Assembly (NCBI GenBank): GCA_046290225.1
Contig: JBKAGE010000050.1
Location: 16,383 to 80,382 of the forward strand
DNA length: 64,000 bases
DNA from: Bradymonadia bacterium
Lineage (GTDB): Bacteria > Myxococcota_A > Bradymonadia > UBA7976 > UBA1532
Direction: 5' to 3'
The notes under the pieces were generated by a model. The model searched no databases and was not told where the DNA came from. It was given only the letters and a program-made list of their open reading frames with translations. The first letter of the stretch is position 1, and every line of letters begins with the position of its first letter. Shown here piece by piece: positions 8,939 to 18,900 of the stretch. The position numbers and the translations under genes are program-made.

Positions 8939-10348
8939 GTGACTTCTTCGACGATCTCCAAACTGGCGCTGAGCTTGCTGATGGCTGCAGCGACATCAGG
9001 CTGTGTGAGCAACGGCGACGGCGGTGGTTTCACCGACGCGGGCCTCGGCGACGACATCTGCGCCGAGAGCTGCGAGTTGATCGCCGCGTGCGATCTCTGC
9101 CTCGATGATGGCCTGGGCAATTGCCAGAGCGGCCCTGCCTGCGTCTCGCAGTGTCGTGGGTCCGAATGGGGCCCCTTGGGTGCACAGTGCGTGGTGGAGC
9201 TCGGGGTGTGCGACGCCGAAGGCATCGGCAACTGCCTCACCCGTGCAGCGGGTCCGGAAGATGACTGCGAAGCGGGCTGCTGGAACCTCGAGCTGTGCGG
9301 TCGCTGTCTCGATGATGGCGCAGATGGCTGCCTCGAGACCGATAGCTGCGTGGATCTGTGTCGCGAGAACGGCCTCGAAACGGAATACGCATGCATCGCC
9401 GGCCTGAACGCCTGCGGTGCCGAGGCTGTGGAAGAGTGCCTGAGCCGCCCGGAGCCAGAAGACGACTGCGAAGCCTCGTGTGTGGTGCTCGACGACTGCG
9501 GCATCTGTCTCGATGATGGTGCCGGCGGTTGTGTGTCGGTGGATATCTGTACTGATCAGTGTCGGGCTCAAGATGGCCTCGCAGGGGCCCAGTGCATCCT
9601 GGGTCTCGAGGCGTGTGATCTCAACGCGGTGCTCATGTGCCTCGAAGATCCTCCGGCCCCCACTGATGCCTGTGCGGCGGGCTGTGTTGCCCTGGATGAT
9701 TGCGATCTGTGCGAGACGGGCGACGACGGTATGTGCCTGTCGGTGGACGCTTGCGCTGAGCAATGCCGCGAGCAGATGCTGGAGGTTCGGGCCCAGTGTC
9801 TCACTGAGGTCGAGATGTGCGACGAGGCGGCGATCAACGCGTGCTATACGCCAGCGCCTCCAGTGGGCGAGGGATCATGTGCGGAGGGCTGCGCAGCCCT
9901 GGACGCCTGTGAGCTGTGTCTGCCCGACGAGAACGAAGTATGCCTGCCTCTGGAAGAGTGCGTGTCTCAGTGCGAGATGCAGGGCTTCGAGGCCCGCTTC
10001 GACTGCCTGACCGAGGTAGACATGTGTGATGGCGAGGCGATCACCGCATGTTTCGAGGTGCCTGCCGGGCCCGGCTGTCAACTCGCCTGTCAGCGCTTGG
10101 AGGAGTGCAGCGCCGAGGAAGAGCCTGACGCTGAGGCTGTGGCCACCTGCGTGTCGATGTGCACTGCAGGGGAGGGGCTGACGCCGGAAGAGCGCACATG
10201 CGTGACCGAGGCGGAGATGTGTGATGCTGCGCTGATGTGCGTGGAGGAGATGCCGGAGCCGGAACCCGATCCAGAGCCGGAGCCTGATCCCGAGCCGGAA
10301 CCAGATCCTGAGCCGGAACCAGAGCCTGAGCCCGAACCTGAGGAGTAA
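8939..10348 (+). CDS. Cys-rich tandem-repeat lipoprotein with (PE/PD)n tail
   Basis: Lipobox AATSGC; about five ~56-aa repeats with 9-10 Cys each plus a shorter last unit; C-terminal PEPEPD repeats. Confidence 0.75.
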   Translation: MTSSTISKLALSLLMAAATSGCVSNGDGGGFTDAGLGDDICAESCELIAACDLCLDDGLGNCQSGPACVSQCRGSEWGPLGAQCVVELGVCDAEGIGNCLTRAAGPEDDCEAGCWNLELCGRCLDDGADGCLETDSCVDLCRENGLETEYACIAGLNACGAEAVEECLSRPEPEDDCEASCVVLDDCGICLDDGAGGCVSVDICTDQCRAQDGLAGAQCILGLEACDLNAVLMCLEDPPAPTDACAAGCVALDDCDLCETGDDGMCLSVDACAEQCREQMLEVRAQCLTEVEMCDEAAINACYTPAPPVGEGSCAEGCAALDACELCLPDENEVCLPLEECVSQCEMQGFEARFDCLTEVDMCDGEAITACFEVPAGPGCQLACQRLEECSAEEEPDAEAVATCVSMCTAGEGLTPEERTCVTEAEMCDAALMCVEEMPEPEPDPEPEPDPEPEPDPEPEPEPEPEPEE

Positions 10349-11755
10349 TCAGCAGCCCTCGTCGATTTGACCATCGCAGTCGTCGTCGAGGTTGTTGCCA
10401 CAGATTTCGTCAATGGGGTGGGGTTCCATTCCGAGGTTTGGACGGCACATCTCGAAGCCCCGAAAGCACTGTGAGATACCCTCATGCCGGCATTCTCCAA
10501 TGCCTAGGAAGCATGGCTCAAGCACGATGCCCTCGTCGATTTGACCATCAAAGTCGTTGTCCCGGTTGTCACACAGCTCAATCAATTCACCAGTACAGTA
10601 TTGGCCAAACTCCGGGTTGGTTTCAGAGAGAGTCAATACAAGCTGGTCGCAGCTCCAAGCACGGTCAATTGTCTGAAGGGCTCTGCGATGCACGGCGAAA
10701 ATTTGTGGGCATCGTTCTGCAAATATCGTGCGGGAATTTTCGTCATCGATGCTGTCGCATGTGTCAGACAGCAAAGCGCAATTTGAGAGAAGGTTGCATG
10801 CCTCCTCTACGGGAACAGTGGGTCGACATGGCTGTTCCCCCGGAGATTCATCAACAACACCATCACAGTCTTCATCGATGCTGTTTTGGCACAACTCTAC
10901 AGACGGGGCGTAGTCGTCCAATGTGCCGACAGTTGGTATACACATCAAAAAACCGTCGATGCATTGAATACTTCCAGGAAACTGACATTGACCTTCACCT
11001 GACAGGCAAGGTGAAGGGGGTTGAGCGATATGCTCATCAATCATGCCGTCGAAATCATCATCCTGCCCATTGCAAGGGACTCCCTCTGGGAGATTCTGAA
11101 GGTCATTACAGGTCTCGTCGTAGTCTTCCTGTAGGCCCCTGATTGTGCTGACTGTCGAGTCGCAGTCTGTTGCATCAACAAGCTGTCGGAGTGCTGGGTT
11201 TCCTTCGCATAAAGGCAAACAAGATGAGTAGAACTCATTTCGAGAATCAATGATGCCTATGCCTGGGCATTCTGCTGACTGTAAAGAGCAATCAGCCCAG
11301 TCAGTGCATAAAACTATACACTCTTCGCTAAAAAGCGTTGCATCGGCCTCTTCCATGCCACTGTCATAGGGATCCTCTTCCCCCATGTCAGCATCGAATC
11401 CATCTATTGGTGCAGCATCTTGGAGATTGGCATCTTCCTGGAATGCAAGATCTGGGAGAGCCTGAACACTCTCATCAGCATCCATTGCTTCGGAGTCTAC
11501 AAGGGGGCCTGGGCCAAAGTCTGGAACTCCCATGTCTTCCGGCATATTCATTGAACGTGAGCTGTCCATGACAATGGGGCTCATGTCTGGTGATGACATC
11601 AAAGAGCCATCAATCACACAACGAGCGAGGCAGTCATCTCGGAGAGACTCGCCGCTGCAGTATGTGTTGCAGTACTCTTCGAGATTGTAGAGTGTGGGCG
11701 GATCTATACAGCCAGCAAGTGTGTACAACACAAGGAATGAGAGAAGGATACGCAT
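10349..11755 (-). CDS. Cys-rich lipoprotein with MopE-related putative metal-binding repeats
   Basis: Lipobox TLAGC after MRILLSF (start 11755); four ExC...DxDxDGxxDE-type repeats; low GC. Confidence 0.7.
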   Translation of the reverse strand: MRILLSFLVLYTLAGCIDPPTLYNLEEYCNTYCSGESLRDDCLARCVIDGSLMSSPDMSPIVMDSSRSMNMPEDMGVPDFGPGPLVDSEAMDADESVQALPDLAFQEDANLQDAAPIDGFDADMGEEDPYDSGMEEADATLFSEECIVLCTDWADCSLQSAECPGIGIIDSRNEFYSSCLPLCEGNPALRQLVDATDCDSTVSTIRGLQEDYDETCNDLQNLPEGVPCNGQDDDFDGMIDEHIAQPPSPCLSGEGQCQFPGSIQCIDGFLMCIPTVGTLDDYAPSVELCQNSIDEDCDGVVDESPGEQPCRPTVPVEEACNLLSNCALLSDTCDSIDDENSRTIFAERCPQIFAVHRRALQTIDRAWSCDQLVLTLSETNPEFGQYCTGELIELCDNRDNDFDGQIDEGIVLEPCFLGIGECRHEGISQCFRGFEMCRPNLGMEPHPIDEICGNNLDDDCDGQIDEGC

Positions 11756-11853
11756 CGCAAACGATCTCCACGAACGAGGGGGTGCACCACGATCATGGTT
11801 GCACATCTGCCCTCCTCTACAACGTCGAGACTAGAAGGATTCCAGGAATGTGA

Positions 11854-14496
11854 TCAGAAGTTCACGTCTGGGTTCGCCGCAGGTGCTGCCCATGCGTCAT
11901 CAGTAGATACGCTGATCCCGCGGCCGCCGCCCACCGTTGAGTACTCACCCAGTGCATCATTGTCGACCCCACCAGAGATGGCAGAGCCGAGCCCCTCAGC
12001 ATCTCCATTACCACCACCACAGATGGCTGCGTATTGGCCGCTGGCTCGGTTGTTGATTCCACCAAGTACCCCGCTCGTTTCTCCATTGGCCTGGTTGAGG
12101 AAACCGCCAGCAACAGTTGATGTGGGTCCGGAGGCTGTGTTGTTCAAACCGCCGAGCACAGCAGCGTTGAGACCGCCAGCTGTGTTGTTAGAGCCACCAG
12201 CGACATGTGCACGGGCGCCAAGGCCGCGGTTGTTGTTACCACCACCAATGGAGGAGAGTGAGCCTACCGCGTCGCTCTCTACAAGGGCCCCATTGTCGAG
12301 TTCAAGGGTCTCTACGCTGTCCGCGGCCCCATCATTATTGGTGTCTACCAGTCGATAGAAGCCCTCAGCCGTGATGTTGCTCTGGCCGGAGAGCACGGCG
12401 CTGGCACCACCCCGCGTCTGGTTCAACGCTCCAGCAACAATGGTTGACTCGTTGCCGAGCGTGATGTTGCTGCTACCAGAAACAATTGCAGACTGTCCAC
12501 CAAGGGTGCCATTCCCCTGGCCGGCGACGATGACTGAATTCAATGCCTGGGTCAGGTTGCCCTGGCCTGCGACGATGCTGCTCATGACACCATTGGCCCG
12601 GTTGCCGTTTCCGGAGACGATGGTGGACAACGCACCGCCTTCAACAGTCTCGCTCGCAAGTGTGCCATCTGCATTGAAGACTCCACCCGTCACACGATCG
12701 ATGGTGCCATCATTGTTGTCGTCGAAGGTGGCGTAGTTACCGGCCGAGGTCGTGTTCTGGCCACCGCCGACAATGATACTGCCCTCACCCTGTGCGGTGT
12801 TGCCGTAGCCGCTGACAACCACCGAGCGCACACCACTGGAGACATTGGATTCACCACCCACTGCGATGGAGAAGGTGCCCCCAGCGTTGTTGTTGTTGCC
12901 ACCCACAGTGATGGCGGCAACACCAGTCGCTTCGTTGAGTTGACCACCAATGGCAACAGCCACATCGGTGCGTGCAGCGTTGGCCAGGCCACCCACGACG
13001 ATGCTGAAGAGGCCTTCCGAGATGCTGCCCTGGCCACCAAGGACCGAGGCGCCATTGCCAGCATTGGCGTTGCGGCTACCAGCGATAATCCCTCCATTGC
13101 CTACATAGCCATTGTCGTCACCGATGATGAGGTTGTGCGAGCCAGAACGCGAGCCACCGAAGCCTGCACCAGTGTTGGCATTGTAGCCAATGATCAAGTT
13201 GCCCAGTGCATTGGCGTTGTAGGTCGTACCGCCGCCATTGCGGAGGTGCAGGTTGACGCCGTCGAAGCGCACATCAGTGACCGTATCACCATCGAAGGTG
13301 AAGCTCGTCACCGCGGCGAGGGGTTGAATCTCAGTTTGGTATTCTGCTACCTGCGCTGCGAGACCTGCCTCGGTGTTGGCCAGCCGAGCCGACAGCCCCG
13401 GGTTCACCCCATCCCCGTTGATGGCCTGGAAGTTCGCCGTGCTTGTCTGCGTGTTCGCCGCCACCTCGTTTTGCAGGTTGGTGATCGCCTGACCTTGAGT
13501 CGTCTGCGCCTGGGACAAGCCGTCCACCGTCTGCAACAGAGTGCTCTGCGTCGTCTCCACCGCCGTCACGCGGTCCACCACTGCGTTGATGAGATCCGTG
13601 TTGGCTGTGATGGTGGTCTCGTTTGCCGTGATCGCCTGCGCTTGCTGGGTGTTCGTCGTCTCGATGGCCGTGGCCCGATCGCCGAGGGCGTTGATGGCCT
13701 CTGCGTTGGTCGTGATCGAGGCGCCGTTGGCGGCGATGGCCTCGTTGTTGGCCGTGATCGAGGCACCTTGTTGGACCAGCTGCTCGCCCTGGGCCGTCGC
13801 GGCCGTCTCTGCGGCGTCGAGGCGATCCGTGAGGGCGGTGATCGTGGTGGCCTGCATTTCTGCCGTCGCCTCTGCGGCGTCGAGTCGATCCGTGAGAGCG
13901 GTGATCGTGGCCGCTTGAGTTTCGATGGTGCTCTGGGCATCGGCGAGGTTGCCTTCGAGGGCCGTGATGCGACCCAGGATCTCGTCGAGGGCGCCCTGCA
14001 CGTTATCGGCCTGAAGCCCACCATCACCCGTGTTGTAGGGCACCTCAACTGCAGTGGAAGGCACCGCCAGCTCCGTGACCACGTCGTCGAAGCTGCGACC
14101 GTCGAGCTGAGTGGCGTTGTCTGCCGTGGCCGCCCGGAAGGCGTAGGGCAGGCTGGTGATCAGCGAGCGAGGATCGAGGGTCTCGTCGTTGGCGGTCACC
14201 TGCAGCCAGTACTGGGCGCCGTCGAGGAGGGTGGGCAGATCTGCGTCGGTGCCCAGCTCCACGGAGAAGTGGCCCTCGATCACCATGACCTCGGTGAACG
14301 ACTCGGTGAACACCGCGGTGCCACCGGTGGGGGCGTCGTAGATCTCGAAGGTGAGATCTACAGTGCCGTCGATCGGGCCTTCTCCCGTGGACAGCTCGCC
14401 GGTGTAGACGAAGGTGCTGGGCACCTGAGCGCTCGCGGTGGACGTCAGCCCCAGGAGGGCGACGCAAGCGAGTGCGATCCATCTGCAAAATTTCAC
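11854..14496 (-). CDS. Secreted fibre/adhesin-like protein (N-terminal domain, coiled-coil stalk, Gly/Asn beta-helix repeats)
   Basis: Signal peptide; FVYTGEL...LTFEIYDAPTGG...LPYAFRA N-domain; DNVQGALDEI motif; Ala/Thr/Gln heptads; many ~14-aa (S/A)xxxGGxxN repeats. Confidence 0.75.
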   Translation of the reverse strand: MKFCRWIALACVALLGLTSTASAQVPSTFVYTGELSTGEGPIDGTVDLTFEIYDAPTGGTAVFTESFTEVMVIEGHFSVELGTDADLPTLLDGAQYWLQVTANDETLDPRSLITSLPYAFRAATADNATQLDGRSFDDVVTELAVPSTAVEVPYNTGDGGLQADNVQGALDEILGRITALEGNLADAQSTIETQAATITALTDRLDAAEATAEMQATTITALTDRLDAAETAATAQGEQLVQQGASITANNEAIAANGASITTNAEAINALGDRATAIETTNTQQAQAITANETTITANTDLINAVVDRVTAVETTQSTLLQTVDGLSQAQTTQGQAITNLQNEVAANTQTSTANFQAINGDGVNPGLSARLANTEAGLAAQVAEYQTEIQPLAAVTSFTFDGDTVTDVRFDGVNLHLRNGGGTTYNANALGNLIIGYNANTGAGFGGSRSGSHNLIIGDDNGYVGNGGIIAGSRNANAGNGASVLGGQGSISEGLFSIVVGGLANAARTDVAVAIGGQLNEATGVAAITVGGNNNNAGGTFSIAVGGESNVSSGVRSVVVSGYGNTAQGEGSIIVGGGQNTTSAGNYATFDDNNDGTIDRVTGGVFNADGTLASETVEGGALSTIVSGNGNRANGVMSSIVAGQGNLTQALNSVIVAGQGNGTLGGQSAIVSGSSNITLGNESTIVAGALNQTRGGASAVLSGQSNITAEGFYRLVDTNNDGAADSVETLELDNGALVESDAVGSLSSIGGGNNNRGLGARAHVAGGSNNTAGGLNAAVLGGLNNTASGPTSTVAGGFLNQANGETSGVLGGINNRASGQYAAICGGGNGDAEGLGSAISGGVDNDALGEYSTVGGGRGISVSTDDAWAAPAANPDVNF

Positions 14497-14538
14497 GTCG
14501 GCCTCCTCAGGCGAGTGGGGACATGGAGCGGAACAGTT

Positions 14539-14922
14539 TCAGTTGCCAGCGCCGGCTTCGCCTTGTCGGCTCAGCGGGCTCGCAGGGGACAGTCGGTAGG
14601 TAGGCCCCGCAGAAGCGCCGGGCTCGGGGCCGGTGTGGATCTGGCCCTTCAGGCGGAAGCTGGGCCCCTCGAGGGTGCCACCGCCGGGACGCAGCTGACC
14701 GCGCAGGCGCAGCCGTAGATCAGCATCGGGGCGCAGATCTGCGTCAGGCGTACCAGCGTCTCCGCCGATGATGCCGCCGTCGCCGCCAAGGCCACCATCG
14801 AGGTTGGCCACGCCCTGGTCAGCGAGGGGCTGACCATCGGCAGGGTTGTCGGGATCACCACAACCCGCCATGGTGAGGGCGGCCGTGAGCACGAGCATCA
14901 ACGGTGAAGCATATGTACGCAT
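14539..14922 (-). CDS. Small lipoprotein
   Basis: Start MRTYASPL at 14922, lipobox TMAGC, acidic Gly linker, C-terminal GGGTLEGPSFRLKGQI...GPTYRL. Confidence 0.65.
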   Translation of the reverse strand: MRTYASPLMLVLTAALTMAGCGDPDNPADGQPLADQGVANLDGGLGGDGGIIGGDAGTPDADLRPDADLRLRLRGQLRPGGGTLEGPSFRLKGQIHTGPEPGASAGPTYRLSPASPLSRQGEAGAGN

Positions 14923-14984
14923 ATCCGCAACGTACGCCCGTCCTGGTGTCCAGAGCAACCCGTCATGAGGGAGGGAGAGCATCC

Positions 14985-15809
14985 ATGTGGCCTACTCGAG
15001 CGGCAACCATCTGCCTGTTGACCGTGAGCCTTACAGGCCTTGCCCAGGGGCAAGCACCAGAGGCGAAGGCGCCCGCGGCGTTCAGCAAGGGCCTTGAGGC
15101 GGTGAACGCCGGCCGCTGGGCCGAGACCATCGATCACATGACCATCGTGCTCAACGGTGAGGCTGAGGAGGCGTATCGACTCCAGGCCCTGGTGGCCGTG
15201 TCCAGAGCGGAGCGGGCCCTGGGGCGGGAGAAGGCCGCAGATGGCCGTTGCGTTGAGGTGGACAAGCGCTTTGCCCAGCTTTCTGTCGCGCAACAGCAGA
15301 AGCTGTGGCTCGAGACCAGGGCTGCCGTGACCGAGGCCCGGTTCTGCATGGCGGAGGCGCTCCTGCGCACCCTGTCTCCTCTCGAAGGGCAGGATCTCAC
15401 TCAGATCGCCCCTGCTATGCAGAAAAGGATAATGGGTGTCACTGAGCTGGCTCAGCTCTACCAGAAGGTTTTGCTGTTGGAGGACCCGCACTGGTCTGTC
15501 GCCGCCATGGTGCGGCTGGGGCAGATCTATGTGGCGCTCGCGGACGAGGTGCAGGCGGTGCCGGCGCCGAAGGGTTTGCAGCCGGAGCAACAGAAAATCT
15601 TCACTGAACAGCTTGCCAAATCCATGAGGCCAATGCGCGAACAAGGGAAGGTGTTCTTCGAAAAGGCCGTCACCCACGCTGAGGAGAAACAGATCGATGG
15701 TGAGTGGGTGTCATTGGCAAAAAAGAGCGTCGCTGCACTGAAGGCGAACACCCCAGTGCCTTCTTTCAAGGCACCCAAAAATGCGCCCCTGAAGATGCCT
15801 CACCGCTGA
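14985..15809 (+). CDS. Secreted TPR-like helical protein
   Basis: Signal peptide from MWPTRAA after GGAGGGAG RBS; all-helical; YQKVL...WSVAAMVRLGQIY...PAPKGL segment. Confidence 0.7.
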   Translation: MWPTRAATICLLTVSLTGLAQGQAPEAKAPAAFSKGLEAVNAGRWAETIDHMTIVLNGEAEEAYRLQALVAVSRAERALGREKAADGRCVEVDKRFAQLSVAQQQKLWLETRAAVTEARFCMAEALLRTLSPLEGQDLTQIAPAMQKRIMGVTELAQLYQKVLLLEDPHWSVAAMVRLGQIYVALADEVQAVPAPKGLQPEQQKIFTEQLAKSMRPMREQGKVFFEKAVTHAEEKQIDGEWVSLAKKSVAALKANTPVPSFKAPKNAPLKMPHR

Positions 15810-15920
15810 CTGCCTGTCGGGGGCTTCACCGCTCGAACATCACAAAAACACCACCCGATTTGCCTTCTGCCCCTCCGCTGCACGTTGTGACTACGACTGA
15901 CTCGGAGAGGAAGATTGCAC

Positions 15921-18900
15921 ATGCGTGAATGGTTGAAGCGCTCGACGCGGCCACTGACCCTGACGATCGGGATGGCTGCCCTGGCTCTGGGGACCGCCAA
16001 CGCCCAGACGGGGATCAGCGACGATCGGGTGAGTTTGCCCGAGGGTCCGGGGTCTTTCGAAGGGGTGGGGGACAATGCCCTCGCAGTAGGCAACACCGGT
16101 GACATGTCCTACGGCGTGCCCTTCGTCGTGGCGCCTGGGTACGCCACGGCCACGCCGTCTCTGGGGCTGAGCTACAGCAGCTCCGGCGGCAACGGGCTGG
16201 TGGGCATGGGGTGGTCCATGGGGTTGCCTCACATCGAGCGGATGACCAGCAAGCGCCTGCCGGACTACACCGAAGACGACACCTTCATCTTCGGGGGCAC
16301 CGAGCTGGTCCGCATCAGCGATGGTGAGCCTGCGGAGTACCGCGCCCGCTTCGAAGGCAGCTTCACCCGCTACTTCTGGCATCAGCGAGATGTTGAAGGG
16401 GGCGGCTACTGGAGGGTGCTGCTCCCTGACGGCGGGGTGGCCTGGTACGGTGCTGATGCCGCAGGGCAGATCGACTACGACAGCCGCTTTGAAGGTGCAG
16501 CTGGCGTGTTCCGCTGGCACCTCGTGGAGCAGCAGGACAAGTTCGACCACCCGATTCGCTATCAATACACCGTCCTCGACGCCCGGCCCTATCTGAGCCG
16601 GGTGGACTACCTCTTCGATACGAGCGGCAATGCCAACGCTCACATAGAGCTCGATTACGAAGCACGGGCGGATCTCGTCTCCGATGCCCGGAGCGGCATC
16701 AACGAGATCATGTCGAGCCGCCTCACTTCAGTGCGGGCCTACAGCGGGGAAGCGCAGTTTCGCCGTTATGACCTCACCTATGAGGACTACCCCGAATCCG
16801 GTGGTGTGAGCCGCCTCGCCGGGGTGGAGCAGATGGGGCTCAACGGCACCCCCTTCGAGACCACTGTGTCTTTCGAGTACAGCGCTCCCCTCACCGTGGG
16901 CGACGCCGTCATCGTGGATATGGGTCAGGTGGGGGCCAGCCCCATCACTGGTGATGCCACCCTCGTGGATCTCAACGGCGACGCTCTGCCTGACATGGTG
17001 GACACTTCTCAACCGGGGGCCCACCGCATCTACCTCAACACGCTCCAGAGCGACGGCACCCATCAGTTCGGTGCCGCCATCGAGAGCGCCCGTGGGGCCC
17101 GTGCGGGTCATCAGCTCAGCAGCCCCTATGTGCAAATGCTCGACATCGACGGCGATGGCAGAGCTGACCTGGTGAACGTGCAGACCGGGCAGGTCCTGCT
17201 CAACAAGGGCGGCGCTGCCGGCAGCGACTGGAGCGCACTGCTCGATCTCAACGCTGTTGATGCGCTGCCGAACTTCGGCGCTGATGGCGAGATTGGGGGC
17301 GACGAGCTCTCGAGCATCCGGTTCTTCGATTACGACAATGACCGCCGCATCGATGTGATCCGCTCCACCGATGTCAGCACCGAGATCTTCGCCAACATCG
17401 GCGATGGTTTCGAGCAGGTGCAGGGTATCGAGGCCCTGGGCTACGGCTTCGAGACCAGCCGTCTAGAGCTTTCTGACATCACCGGTGACGGCCTGCTCGA
17501 CGCCACGGTGGTGGCCGCCGGCAGCCTCAGCTACCGGGTGAACCTCGGCCACGGGCGCTGGAGCGCCGAGCGTACCATCATCGATCTGCCCTACACCCAA
17601 GAGCAGCTCGACGACGTTGAACTCGAAGACATCAACGGCGACAGCCTGGACGACATCGTCATCGTGCGGTCGGGGCAGATTCAGTTCGCCCTCAACCGTG
17701 GTGGCTACCGCTTCGACGCCTTCGAGACGGTGAACACCGCTGGCGGGCAGGCGCTGCCCGAGGTGCTCGACAACACCTCGGTGCTCTTCGCAGACATGAA
17801 CGGCAGCGGCAGCGACGATGTGGTCTACATCGCTGCGGATGGCGGGGTGCAGTACGTAGAGCTGTTCCCCCAGCGGCCCCACCTGCTGACCCACATCACC
17901 AACAGCCACGGGGTGACCCAGCGCATTCAATACACCACCGCCGCCGAGGCCCTCGCCGAAGACGACACTGAGTGGGCCTATGCGCTGCCATTCCCCATGC
18001 TCATGGTGAGCCGCATCGACGTCTCTGACACCGTGACCCCGGTGGTGGAGACCACCACCTACAATTACCGTGACGCCTACTACGATGCCGACGAGAAGCA
18101 GTTCCGGGGCTTCGCCTACATGACGAGCCGCGAGATCGGCGACGCGAGCCAGCCCGACACGGTGAGGATCGACACGTACGATCTGGGACAGGCCGACAGC
18201 TACTACAACGGTTTGCAGCTGACCTCCGCCACGTACAGCGGCGATGACCTTGAGCGGCCCATGGCCACGGTGACGTACGCGTACACCGATTGCGCCATCG
18301 GCGACGCGCCAGCGAACACCACCCCACCCATTCGCTTCGTGTGCAAGATCGCCGAAGAGACCACTGTGCAGGAGGGCGGCCCCGCCAGTGAGGCGGTGAC
18401 GATGCGCACCGAGCTGCAATACGGCGACTTCGGTGAGCTGATCGCGGAGACCAGCCTCGGGGTGGTCTCAGTGGGTGGCAGCGGTTGCGGTGTATGCCCT
18501 GACGATGGGCTCTTCGGTACGCCCTGTGGTGCGCAGTGCCTCGGTGACGAGCGCTATGCCGAGCGCGCCTTCATCGCCCCAACCGACATCGAAGGCGGGC
18601 GCTGGATCGTGGGGTTGCCCACCCATCAGCGAGAGCGCGGGGTGGCCAACAGCGATGTCTACGCTGAGACGCGCTTCTACTACGACGGTGATGGCTTCGA
18701 AGGTCTGCCCGCAGGCAGCGCCACCTTGGGTCTGATGGCACGGAGCGAGGCGCTGGTGTCGGCAGACAGCGCGGTGACGATGTCCATGTTGCGTTATGAC
18801 GCACACGGGAACGTCGTCGAGGCCCTCGACGCCGATGCGCCGGGTGACGCGGCGGGCTACCGAGCCCGCACTGTCTACGACGACCTGGGTTTGCTGATCG

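Noticed and set aside
10250..10345. Tandem DNA repeat as a separate non-coding element
   Set aside because: It is the coding PE/PD tail of the lipoprotein, with synonymous variation between units.
11854..14496. Fibre gene as evidence of a prophage
   Set aside because: It has a signal peptide and there are no capsid, terminase, integrase or tail genes nearby.
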